Below are positions 8,404 to 17,172 of a DNA stretch of 27,333 bases, piece by piece (position 1 is the stretch's first letter; each line of letters starts with the position of its first letter). The DNA lies in contig JBGAOA010000057.1 of assembly GCA_044222065.1 (NCBI GenBank), positions 1-27,333 of the forward strand, read 5' to 3'. Position numbers and translations under genes: made by a program. A model generated the notes under the pieces. That model ran no database searches, had not been told where the DNA came from, and worked only from the letters and a program-made list of their open reading frames with translations. The stretch comes from Candidatus Eiseniibacteriota bacterium. GTDB lineage: Bacteria; Eisenbacteria; RBG-16-71-46.

Positions 8404-9261
8404 ATGAACCGCGAACGCGAAGTCCCGGTCCGCATCGTCGTCCGCAAGAAGGGCCACGGCGGCGGCCACCACGGCGGCGCCTGGAAGGTCGCGTTCGCCG
8501 ACTTCATGACCGCCATGTTCGCGCTGTTCCTGGTGCTGTGGCTCGTGAACCAGAGCTCGGACGTGAAGTCGGCGATCGCCGGCTACTTCTCGGATCCGCT
8601 CGGACGCGCCGACGAGTTCGGCAGCTCGATCATGCCGGGTGAGGGCGCGCAGGCGGCGACCGTGCGGCCGATGTCGCCCGCGGACATCGTCGAGTTCCGC
8701 CGCGACCGCATCCAGCAGTTCGCCGAGAAGCTCGAGAAGCGACTGCAGGAAGTTCCGGAGTTCGCGAACCTGCGCGCGTTCGTCGAGATCTCGATCACGG
8801 ACGAGGGGCTCGCGATCCAGCTGCTCGAAGATTCGACGGGCGTGTTCTTCGAGAGCGGCAGCCCCGCGCCGAGCGCGAACGGGCGCCGCTTCATCGAGCG
8901 GCTCGGCCAGGAGCTCGGCAAACTGCCGAACTCGGTGCGCGTCGAGGGGCACACCGATGCGCGGCCGTACGCGAACGACCACGGCTACTCGAACTGGGAG
9001 CTGAGCGCCGACCGCGCGAACAGCGCGCGCAAGATCATGACGACGCAGGGACTCAAGCCCGAGCAGGTCGTCGAGGTGCGCGCGCACGCCGACCGCTCGC
9101 TGCGCACGCCGAACGATCCGTACGCGCCCGGCAACCGGCGCATCAGCATCACGGTCCTGTTCCCCGACATCACGAGCGTCCCGAGCGGCGCGCCCGTGTT
9201 CACGTCGCCCGACTCCGCCGCGCGCGCGGATTCGATCGCGCTCGCGCGAGGCGGCGCGTGA
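8404..9261 (+). CDS. motB: Flagellar motor stator protein MotB
   Basis: HHGGAWKVAFADFMTAMFALFLVLWL transmembrane segment with the conserved Asp. OmpA-like domain VEGHTD, NWELSADRANSAR, NRRISI. Confidence 0.96.
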   Translation: MNREREVPVRIVVRKKGHGGGHHGGAWKVAFADFMTAMFALFLVLWLVNQSSDVKSAIAGYFSDPLGRADEFGSSIMPGEGAQAATVRPMSPADIVEFRRDRIQQFAEKLEKRLQEVPEFANLRAFVEISITDEGLAIQLLEDSTGVFFESGSPAPSANGRRFIERLGQELGKLPNSVRVEGHTDARPYANDHGYSNWELSADRANSARKIMTTQGLKPEQVVEVRAHADRSLRTPNDPYAPGNRRISITVLFPDITSVPSGAPVFTSPDSAARADSIALARGGA

Positions 9262-10442
9262 GCCGCGCCCCGCTGCTGTTCGTCGGCCTGCGCCGCGAGG
9301 ACGCGGCGGCGGTGCGCGCGGCGCTGCCCCCGGGGCCCGCGCCCGAAATCGTGGAATGGCGGGCCGTGCCGGGCGACGACATGATCGGCCGCGTCGGACG
9401 CCCGAGCCTCGTGTTCGTCGGGCTCGAGCAGCTCGACGCCTTCGGCCTCGCGCTCGACCGCCACAAGCACCTGCGCGAGAGCTTCTTCGTGCGCGTGCTG
9501 CCGCCGTCTCCCGAACCCGGCGACGACGCGCCCGTGCCGCGCGTGCACCTCACGCTGCGCTCGCCGCTCGATCCGGCCGTGCTCGCCGTCGTGTGGAGCG
9601 CGGGCCGCCGCATGCTCGAGTTCCGCGCGCGCATGGACGCGATGCGCACCGATCTCATCTCGGCGCGCGAGGCGCTCGCCGCCGCCGACGACTACGTGCA
9701 GCGCACGCTCGACCGGGCGCTCGAGCACGCCTCTTCGGGCGCGGCCGAGCGCTCGCGCGAATGCGTGGCGTTGTGCCGCCGGATCGCGGAGCGCTTCGAG
9801 ATCCCGGCCGACCTGCTGCCGGACCTCGACCGCGCGGCGCGCCACCACGCGCTCGGCCGCGCGCTCTCGCCCGATCGCGCGCACAAGCCCGCGCGCGGCG
9901 AGACCGAGACGTACCTGCACGCGGCCGCGGCACGCGACATCCTCACCGTGTGGCCGGGCCTGCGCGGCGCGGCCTCGCTGATCGAGAGCATGTGCGAGAA
10001 CTGGGACGGCACCGGCCAGCCGGGCCACGCTCAGGCGGGCCAGATCCCGCTGCGCTCGCGCATCCTGCGCATCGTGACGGACCTCGAGATCGCGCGCGCC
10101 GCACGCCCGGGCGTCTCGATCGGCATGCTCGTCGAGGAGCTCGCGGCGCACGCGGGCACGCTCTACGACCCGATGGTCATCGCGCACCTGCAGCAGATCG
10201 TGTCGAGCAACCAGATCCCCGAGTCGCGCCTCGTGCGGCTCGCGGTGAGCGACCTCGAGGAGGGCATGGTGCTCGCCGAGGACCTGTTCACCGACGCCGG
10301 CGTGAAGCTGCTCGCGCGCGGCACGACGCTCTCGGCTTCGGCGCTCGAGGTGATCTCGCGCCGCAGCCAGATCGAGCCGATGCGCATGGTCGCCGTCCGC
10401 CGCAAGATGACCGACGGCGGCGGCGACCGGAAGACGGCGTAG
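9258..10442 (+). CDS. Degenerate HD-GYP/HD_5-like domain protein
   Basis: GTG overlaps the motB stop (GTGA). ENWDGTGQP...IPLRSRILRIV...GTLYDP resembles HD-GYP (HHERWDGxGYP...IPxxARI...GxxFDP), but HD is replaced by HA. The tail SDLEEGMVLAEDLFTDAGVKLLARGTTLS is typical of HD-type response regulators. Confidence 0.75.
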   Translation: MSRAPLLFVGLRREDAAAVRAALPPGPAPEIVEWRAVPGDDMIGRVGRPSLVFVGLEQLDAFGLALDRHKHLRESFFVRVLPPSPEPGDDAPVPRVHLTLRSPLDPAVLAVVWSAGRRMLEFRARMDAMRTDLISAREALAAADDYVQRTLDRALEHASSGAAERSRECVALCRRIAERFEIPADLLPDLDRAARHHALGRALSPDRAHKPARGETETYLHAAAARDILTVWPGLRGAASLIESMCENWDGTGQPGHAQAGQIPLRSRILRIVTDLEIARAARPGVSIGMLVEELAAHAGTLYDPMVIAHLQQIVSSNQIPESRLVRLAVSDLEEGMVLAEDLFTDAGVKLLARGTTLSASALEVISRRSQIEPMRMVAVRRKMTDGGGDRKTA

Positions 10443-10518
10443 GGCGCGGACCGCAGCCTTCGCCCCACGGCCGATCGCGTCCTCGCCTCACCGGGCGGTC
10501 CGCTCCCCCGCCCCCGTC

Positions 10519-10559
10519 AACGAACGAGAAACGGCCGCCCGGGAGAGCCCGGACGGCCG
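10519..10559 (-). terminator. Rho-independent terminator downstream of the beta-propeller gene
   Basis: Minus strand CGGCCGTCCGGG-CTCT-CCCGGGCGGCCG (12-bp stem, one G:U pair) followed by TTTCTCGTTCGTT. It begins 16 nt after the TAG at 10576 and lies between convergent genes. Confidence 0.75.
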
Positions 10560-10575
10560 CGCCTTCGAACTGCGA

Positions 10576-11450
10576 CTAGCGGTAGAGCGACTTGATCCGT
10601 CCCACAGGAACGTCGGCGTGATCTCGGCGAACGTGACGGGATCGAACTCGTGCACCTGCGTCGTCACGCCGTCGGCCACGAAGATGTGGCCGTTCGAAGG
10701 GCTGATGTCGATCCCGTGCGGGCGATTCCAGCCGGTCCCGGCGAAGGAACCCAGGTACGTGTGCACGGGCGTCGAGTCGAAGCGGTGAACCATGTTGCTG
10801 CCCATGTTCGACACGATGATCTGGCCGCCCGGCAGGAACGCGACGTCGTTGCAGCGGTCGCCGGCGACCGGCATGGACCACGCCGTGACGATCGCGGCCG
10901 TCACGGGATCGAGTTCGTACACCATGCTCGTGCCGTACGAACACACGTACAGGTTCCCGTTCGGGCCGTAACGCATGTCCGACGGAAACGTCTGGAACGG
11001 GAACGTCGCGAACGTCCCGATCAGCGCGCCGGTGACGCCGTCGAACTCGAGGATCTTGTCGTTGCCCGTGTCGGTCGCGAGCACGTTTCCGCTCGGCCGG
11101 TAGAGCGCCGACCACATCCAGCCCCCGCCCGGGTTATAGGTCTTGATGAAGGCGCCGCTCGTCGCGTCGAACTCATTGACGCCGCCGCCGAAGTGACCGA
11201 CGAGGACGCGGTTGTTCGTCTCGCCGAAGTGAATGCTCAGCTGGCCGGCTGCGGGTGAGACCGAGGTGCAGTGCACGCCGAGGAAGGCGCCCGAGCCTCC
11301 ATCGTAGGCGCGCACGACGTCCGACGCGTCGCTCGTCACGTACAGGTCGCCGATGCCGCCGGCGGCGAGCACGGGCGAGGCGGAGAGGACCACGGCGAGG
11401 GCGAGGGCGGAACGAAGCAACGGCAGGCGCAGGGCGTCGCGGGGGGACAT
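10576..11450 (-). CDS. Secreted beta-propeller (NHL/Vgb-like repeat) protein, apparent frameshift near C-terminus
   Basis: ATG 11450 preceded by GGAG. Signal peptide ...LALAVVLSASPVLA. Repeats such as PSDMRYGPNGNLYVC, CNDVAFLPGGQIIVS, PHGIDISPSNGHIFVAD. As sequenced it reads on to 10488, through the terminator. One extra G at 10601-10603 gives ...WGRIKSLYR* ending at 10576. Confidence 0.75.
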
Positions 11451-11710
11451 GGGCGGCTCCGGGCAAGGGTGCGAGAAGCGAAGGACCGAGGGCGACGAGC
11501 GCACGAGGCTACCGGCGGCCCGCTCCACGCTCCAGCGAAAACGTCCTTCCGGAGCGCGAATCGCACCCGGAACTTCCGCACGGGAGGCGACGCGGTCGCC
11601 GGCAACGCGTGAGTCGCTCGCGCGATCGTTCCTCGAAACGCGGTTCGTGAGCGAATGCGTCCGGCCGCGAGGGCTCGAACGAGGAGTCGCGGCGGCGGCG
11701 GTCGCTCGCG

Positions 11711-13066
11711 CTACAGGATCCGCAGGATCGCGTCCGACATCTCCTGCGCGGCCTGGATCAGGCGCGCGGCGGCACCGTAGGCCTCCTGCTGCGCGATCAG
11801 CGACAGCATCTCCTCGTCGGTCGCGACACCGCTCACGCTGAGCCGCTGGGTCTCGGCGTGGTCCACGAGCGCCTGCAGCGACTCGACGTCGAGCGTGGCG
11901 TCGCGCGTGTCGGCGCCGACGCCGCTCGCGAACACGGCGTAGAAGTCGCCGAGCGTGCGGTTGCCGAGCGAGCCGACCGAGACGTTGCGCAGCTGCGCGA
12001 GCTGGAGCGCGAGCGTCGCATCGCCCGGCGCGTTCGTGAGGCCGGCCGCGATCGCGTCCGTGGACGCCTTCACCGCCGCCGACAGGTCGATCGAGCCGGC
12101 CGTGACGCCGGCGGGATCGAAGAACGCGATGCCGGTCGCGCCGGTGAGCGTGAAGCCCGAACCGTGCAGGCCGTTCACCGAGTTCACGAGCCCCGAGACG
12201 AACTGGTCGAGCTTCGCGCGCACGGCGGGCAGGTCGGTCGTGAGGAAGTTCGTCTCGGACTGGAGCCGTCCCTCGCCGAAGTCGAGCACGCGGCCGTCCG
12301 AGGTCGTGACGTTGAATCCGGTCGCGGCCGGCGCGACCTGGAGCGTCTGCGCGGTCGCCGCGTCCACGAGCGTCGTGTTCGCGGCGATCACCGTGACCGT
12401 GCCGTTCGACTGCGGCAGGACTTTCAGCGTCGCGAACTCCGAGAGCTGGTCGAGCAGCAGATCGCGCTGGTCGAGCAGGTCGGGGGCGCGCTCGCCGCCG
12501 GCCGCGATGATCTGCGTGTTGAGCGACGCGACGCGCGACAGCAGGCCGTTCACGTCGTTCACGTCGGACTGGAGCCGCTCGAGCGCTCCCGTGCCGGACT
12601 GCGCGATGCGGCCGTCGAGCGAGCGGATCGCGCCCGCGAGACGGTCGCCCGCCTGGCGCACGAGTTCGCGCGCGGCGGCGCCGGACGGATCGTGCGTCAG
12701 GTCCGAGAACGACTGGAAGAAGCCGTCGAGCGCGGCGGCGATGCCGGTGTCCGACGGCTCGCCGATCGCGCCCTCGATCTCCTGCAGCAGCGACAGACGC
12801 GTCGAGGAGCCGCCGAGTCCGGCGTTGTCCCGCCGGTACGACGCGTCGTAGAACGTGTCGCGCAGCCGCACGATCGTGTCGAACGTGACGCCGCGTCCGA
12901 CCGCGCCGAGCGGCAGGCGCAGCGGATCGGCGGCGGTCAGCTCGAGGCGCTGGCGCGAGTAGCCGGGCGTGTTCGCGTTCGCGATGTTGTGCGCGGTGAC
13001 TTCCATCGCGCGGCGCTGCGCGAGCAGCGCGGTGCGGGCGATGCTCAGGAGCGAAGTGAGCGACAC
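11711..13066 (-). CDS. flgK: Flagellar hook-associated protein FlgK
   Basis: LSIARTALLAQRRAMEVTAHNIANANTPGYSRQR, GRGV, LLDQRDLLLDQLS, C-terminal SVSGVATDEEMLSLIAQQEAYGAAARLI. Confidence 0.95.
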   Translation of the reverse strand: MSLTSLLSIARTALLAQRRAMEVTAHNIANANTPGYSRQRLELTAADPLRLPLGAVGRGVTFDTIVRLRDTFYDASYRRDNAGLGGSSTRLSLLQEIEGAIGEPSDTGIAAALDGFFQSFSDLTHDPSGAAARELVRQAGDRLAGAIRSLDGRIAQSGTGALERLQSDVNDVNGLLSRVASLNTQIIAAGGERAPDLLDQRDLLLDQLSEFATLKVLPQSNGTVTVIAANTTLVDAATAQTLQVAPAATGFNVTTSDGRVLDFGEGRLQSETNFLTTDLPAVRAKLDQFVSGLVNSVNGLHGSGFTLTGATGIAFFDPAGVTAGSIDLSAAVKASTDAIAAGLTNAPGDATLALQLAQLRNVSVGSLGNRTLGDFYAVFASGVGADTRDATLDVESLQALVDHAETQRLSVSGVATDEEMLSLIAQQEAYGAAARLIQAAQEMSDAILRIL

Positions 13067-13067
13067 G

Positions 13068-13595
13068 TCAGATCCTCCGGTCCAGGAACGCGCCCGAGGG
13101 CGCGCCGTCGCGGCGTGCGCCGGAGCCGTCGTACGACGGCGTCCGCGGCGCCTCGCCGCCGAACAACTCCTGCAGGAACGCTTCGCCGGCCTCCGTGACG
13201 CGCCTCACGACCGCGCGGTTGATGCGCGACTCGCGGGCGACCGCGCGCGCGGCGCGCGTGATCCTCACGCGCGCCGTCTCGAACGGGGACGCGGCGCCGG
13301 GGCCGAGGCGCGCGGCGAGCGTCGAGAGCGGCTCGTTCGCGTCCCCGCCGACGGCTCGCGTCATGTCCTCGCGCTGCGCGCGCACGCGCCGCAGCGACTC
13401 GAGCGTCGGCTCGAGCGTGCCCGCGAGCGTCTCGAGCCGCGCCGCATCGGAGGCGGCGACGGCGGCGCGCTGTTCGACGAGCGCCGCGGCGACGGCCTCG
13501 AGCAGACGGGCCTCTTCCCCCAGCACTTCGAGGAGCGGGGTCGTCCCGGGCGGCGGCATCGGCGTGGTGTCGGCGTTCGGCATGGGTTTCACCAT
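13068..13595 (-). CDS. flgN: Flagellar export chaperone FlgN
   Basis: Helical 175-aa protein directly upstream of flgK. EQRAAVAASD, ESRINRAVV and the C-terminal SYDGSG...FLDRRI pattern fit FlgN. Start could be a few codons downstream. Confidence 0.75.
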   Translation of the reverse strand: MVKPMPNADTTPMPPPGTTPLLEVLGEEARLLEAVAAALVEQRAAVAASDAARLETLAGTLEPTLESLRRVRAQREDMTRAVGGDANEPLSTLAARLGPGAASPFETARVRITRAARAVARESRINRAVVRRVTEAGEAFLQELFGGEAPRTPSYDGSGARRDGAPSGAFLDRRI

Positions 13596-13912
13596 TCCTC
13601 GAGTTTCGGCGTGGATTCCGGATTCTGTAGGCGGCGCGACAGCTGCCGGTAGATGGCGTCTCCGAGCCCGCGGACCGAGTGTTCGGCCGCGAGGTTCGCG
13701 ACCCGGTCGTCGAGCAGCGACTGGAACATCCGCTCGCCCTCGCCCGCGTCCACGAAGCCGCCCTGGGGCACGCTCTCGCGCATCGCGCGGAAGAGCTGCG
13801 CGAGGAACACGCCCTCGAGCTGCTGCGAGGCGCGACGCAGTTCGGCGCGCGGATCGCGAGGCGCGGCGGCGCCCGGCGGCGCGGCGGGGGCCGCGGTCGG
13901 AACGGGCTTCAT
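13589..13912 (-). CDS. flgJ: Flagellar rod cap protein FlgJ (rod-binding domain only)
   Basis: ATG 13912 overlaps the flgI stop (ATGA), 107 aa. LRRASQQLEGVFLAQLFRAMRESVP...MFQSLLD...GLGDAIYRQL. No muramidase domain. Confidence 0.88.
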   Translation of the reverse strand: MKPVPTAAPAAPPGAAAPRDPRAELRRASQQLEGVFLAQLFRAMRESVPQGGFVDAGEGERMFQSLLDDRVANLAAEHSVRGLGDAIYRQLSRRLQNPESTPKLEEW

Positions 13913-15012
13913 CGGATCACCACCTCGGCGGCGAGCGCGCCGCTCGCGCGCAGCGCGTCGAACACGGCGCCGATCTCGGCGGCGGTCGCGCCCGCGGCGC
14001 GCAGCCCCGCGGCCACGTCCTCGACGCTCGCCTCGGCCGGCGCGCGCACGCGTCCCCTGCGCCCGGTGTCCGAAGCGGCCGTCGCGGCCCCGATCGTGAG
14101 CGTGAGTCCGTGGTGCGAGACGACCGCGGCGCCGAGCCGCACGTCGCCGCCCGCGACGACCGTGCCGGCGCGCGCGTCGATCACGACGCGCGAGCGCGTC
14201 GGAAACGTCACGAGCACGGTGTCCGCGGCGGCGAGGAACGACGCGAGGTCGCTCGCGCGCGCCGAGTCGGGACGCAGCGCGATCGCGCCCGCGTCCTCGA
14301 GCCGCGCCGTGCCCGCGCCGAAGGCGAGGTCGAGCGCGTCGGCGACGAGCCGCGCCGTGACGAGGTCCGGCTCGCGCAGGAAGAGACGCGCGCTCGGAGC
14401 GGGCCGCGGCGCGTCGGCCTCGACGATGCCGCCGGCGATCACGCGCGCCGAGTTCGTGCGCGCGATGCCGCCGATCGGGCGCGGGCCGCCGTCCGGCAGC
14501 TGCACCGCGCCCTGCGCGGTCGCGAGCGGCGCTTCGTCGGGCGCGCTCACGAGCGGCGTCATCCACAGCTGCCCGCCCTGGAGCGAGATCGCGTCGCCGA
14601 GTGCGGCGACGTCCACGTCGAAGCGTCCGCCGGGCCGCAGGTACGGAGACACCTCGGCCGTGACGAGCACGGCCGCGGCGTTGCGCGGACGCAGTCGGTC
14701 CTCGGGCACCTCGATCGAGAAGCGGCGGAGCAGGTTCACGATCGAGCGCACGGTCGGCGAGCCCTCGCGCCCCACGCCGAACGAGCGGTCGCCGGTGCCG
14801 GGGAGCCCGACGACGATGCCGTAGCCGACGATGCGGCGCGGCACGTCGCCTTCGCGGCGCGTGAGGTCGCGCACGCGCGCGTTCGCGGGGGACGCGCCGC
14901 CGGGCGCGAGCGCGAGCGCGCCCGCGGCGGCGTGTGCCGCGACGGCGAGGAGCGCGGCGAGCGCGAACGCGCGCCGCGCCGTGCGGGCGCGCGCGGAGCG
15001 TCGCGCGCTCAC
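13909..15012 (-). CDS. flgI: Flagellar P-ring protein FlgI
   Basis: GTG 15012 overlaps the flgH stop. Signal peptide then RVRDLT, GYGIVVGLPGTGD, RNAAAVLVTA, DVDVAALGDAISLQGGQL, RVVIDARAGTVV, ALRASGALAAEVVIR. Confidence 0.93.
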   Translation of the reverse strand: MSARRSARARTARRAFALAALLAVAAHAAAGALALAPGGASPANARVRDLTRREGDVPRRIVGYGIVVGLPGTGDRSFGVGREGSPTVRSIVNLLRRFSIEVPEDRLRPRNAAAVLVTAEVSPYLRPGGRFDVDVAALGDAISLQGGQLWMTPLVSAPDEAPLATAQGAVQLPDGGPRPIGGIARTNSARVIAGGIVEADAPRPAPSARLFLREPDLVTARLVADALDLAFGAGTARLEDAGAIALRPDSARASDLASFLAAADTVLVTFPTRSRVVIDARAGTVVAGGDVRLGAAVVSHHGLTLTIGAATAASDTGRRGRVRAPAEASVEDVAAGLRAAGATAAEIGAVFDALRASGALAAEVVIR

Positions 15013-15660
15013 GGCCACACCATCCCGAGCAGCTTCCCGATGAACCCCGAGCGCGGCGAGATCTTCTTGCCCTTGTAGAGGATCACGGCGTCGGCGATGC
15101 GGCTCGACTCGACGAGGTTGGAACCGCGCGTCGCCCGGCCGCACGAGCCCGGTGAGCGTGACCTGCTGCTCGCGTCCGTCCACGTTCACCTTGCGCGTCC
15201 CCTCGACGCGCGCGAGTCCGTTCGGACCGAATCCCACGACGCGCACGGTGATGACCGCGGTCAGGCCACCGGAGCGTCCGGCCTCCCCCACGTCGCGCGT
15301 GTCGTTCTGGAGCCCGCTGTGGATGTTGTACGCCTGGGCGTCGCCGGCGAGCGAGGTCGAGAGGTCCGCTCGCATGCCGCGGTTGCCGGTCGCGACGTGC
15401 GTGACGCGCTCGTTCGCCGACGCCTGCTCGTCCACGACGACCGTGAGCAGGTCGCCGACCCGGAGCGGCGTGCGGTCCGACAGCCAGTCCGTGCGCCGGA
15501 TCGCGGACGCGCTCGCGAGCGAGCGCAGCGAATCGGCGGCGGCGAGCGCCGCGCTGTCCGCGGGCGCCTGCGCGCGTGCGGCGGGCGGCACGACGACCAC
15601 GAGCAGCGAGAGCGCGGCCGGCGCGACGCGGGCGGCGAGGTGATTCACCCGCGCGCTCAC
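15009..15660 (-). CDS. flgH: Flagellar L-ring protein FlgH (apparent frameshift near 15123-15129)
   Basis: GTG 15660. DRTPLRVGDLLTVVVDE, ITVRV, VEGTRKVNVDGREQQVTLTGLVRPGD, then in a shifted frame SNLVESSRIADAVILYKG...GFIGKLLGMVWP* (TGA 15009-15011). Confidence 0.87.
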
Positions 15661-16345
15661 GGCCGCGCCCCGCTCTCGAGCGTCGCGGCGCCGCGCTCGC
15701 GCGCGATGCCGGTCCGCTCGCCGTCGCGGCCCGAAAGACGCACGCGCACGCGCTCGCCCGCGTTCGCCGCGCCGAGCGCCGTGCCCTCGAGCGCCGCGCA
15801 CGCGCCGCGCCGCCATTCGAGCGCGACGGGATCGCCGTTCGCGATCAGCGCCGGGCGTTCGAGCGCGACCGCATCGAGCCGCGCCCCGGCCGCGACCGGG
15901 CGGCGGGTGCGCGCTCCGACGACGTCGGGCGCGCGGTCGGCCGCCGACGGCGGGCCCACACGACGCGCGTGCCCCACGCGACGTCGGGCTCGGCGATCGA
16001 CGTGCCGGCCGGCAGCGCGCGCGCCGCGACCGGCATGCGCACCTCGACGCCGGCGCGCACGCGCGCCGCCGTCGTCCCGGACGCCGCGCGCGATCCGATC
16101 GCGACGAACCAGCCGCCGTCGCCCATGCCGGCGAGTTCGATCGCGTCGTTCGCGAACGGTTCGAGCGCGTGGCCCCACTGGAGCCGGATGCGCTCCGGGG
16201 CGACGCCCCAGCGCGCCTGGAGCAGCGCGCGGACGCGCGCGCCGGCGGCTTCGAGGCTCGCGGCGACCGGCGTCGCCGCCGCGTTCGCGGGCGCGACCGC
16301 GACGCTCGCGGCCCCGAGCAGGCACAGGTCAGCGAATGAGGTCAT
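15657..16345 (-). CDS. flgA: Flagellar P-ring formation chaperone FlgA (apparent frameshift near 15956)
   Basis: Lies between flgG and flgH. N-half (ORF 15845..16345) has a signal peptide and SAF-like PVAARALPAGTSIAEPDV. C-half (frame of 15657..16325) has VGARTRRPVAAG, PALIANGDPV, EGTALGAANAGERVRVR. One extra G in GTG-TGG-G(G)C joins them. Confidence 0.8.
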
Positions 16346-17117
16346 GGGTCGCGCTCATCATGTCTTCGCTCGCGCGGATCGCCTTCGCGTTGATCTCGTA
16401 GGCGCGCTGCGCTGCGATCATGTCCGTCATCTCCTGCACGATTTCGACGTTGCTCGCTTCGAGAGTCCCCGCGAGCACGCGGCCGAAGCCGTCGTCCTGC
16501 GCGTAGCCCGAGATCGCCGGGCCCGAGGCGACGGTCTCGAGGAACTGGTTCTCGCCGATCGCCTCGAGTCCGCTCGGATTGACGAAGCGCGCGAGCTCGA
16601 GACGGCCCACGTCCACGGGCGTCGAGCTGCCGGCGAGCGTCAGCGTCACGGTGCCGTTCGGCGACACGGTGACCCCGGTCGCGTCCTGCGGCACGTTGAT
16701 CGCCGGCACGACCTTGTAGCCGCTCGACGTGACGAGGTCGCCGTTCTCGTCGAGCGTGAAGCTGCCGTCGCGCGTGTACGCGATCGTGCCGTCGTGGCGC
16801 TCGATCCGGAACAGGCCTTCGCCGTCGATCGCGAGATCGAGCGGGCGCTGCGTGTTCTCGGGCGTTCCCTGCGCGTGCAGCCGCAGCACGCCGGCGACGC
16901 GCACGCCCTTGCCGATCTGGATCGGCCCGAGCGTCTCGGCGCCGCGCGGCCCGTTCGATCCGGCGTCGCGCACGGTCTCGTACAGCACGTCCTCGAAGCT
17001 CACGCGGCTGCGCTTGAAGCCCGTGGTGTTCACGTTCGCGAGGTTGTTCGCGATCACTTCGACCATGCGCTGCTGCGCGAGCATCCCGCTCGCCGAGGTC
17101 CGCATGCTGCTGTTCAT
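16329..17117 (-). CDS. flgG: Flagellar basal-body distal rod protein FlgG
   Basis: 262 aa. ASGMLAQQ, IANNLANVNTTGFKRSR, FEDVLY, LDLAIDGEGLF, YTRDGSF, ARFVNPSGLEAIGENQF, LEASNVEIVQEMTDMIAAQRAYEINAK. Confidence 0.97.
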   Translation of the reverse strand: MNSSMRTSASGMLAQQRMVEVIANNLANVNTTGFKRSRVSFEDVLYETVRDAGSNGPRGAETLGPIQIGKGVRVAGVLRLHAQGTPENTQRPLDLAIDGEGLFRIERHDGTIAYTRDGSFTLDENGDLVTSSGYKVVPAINVPQDATGVTVSPNGTVTLTLAGSSTPVDVGRLELARFVNPSGLEAIGENQFLETVASGPAISGYAQDDGFGRVLAGTLEASNVEIVQEMTDMIAAQRAYEINAKAIRASEDMMSATHDLIR

Positions 17118-17172
17118 GGTTCCTCCCTGTCGGACGGCCGCGTGCGCGGACGCCGGGCCTCGCGAGCCGCGC

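Noticed and set aside
13909..15816. Apparent FlgH-FlgI fusion (635 aa)
   Set aside because: The proper FlgH C-terminus and stop are in a shifted frame ending at 15009, and FlgI has its own GTG and signal peptide. The fusion results from an indel near 15126.
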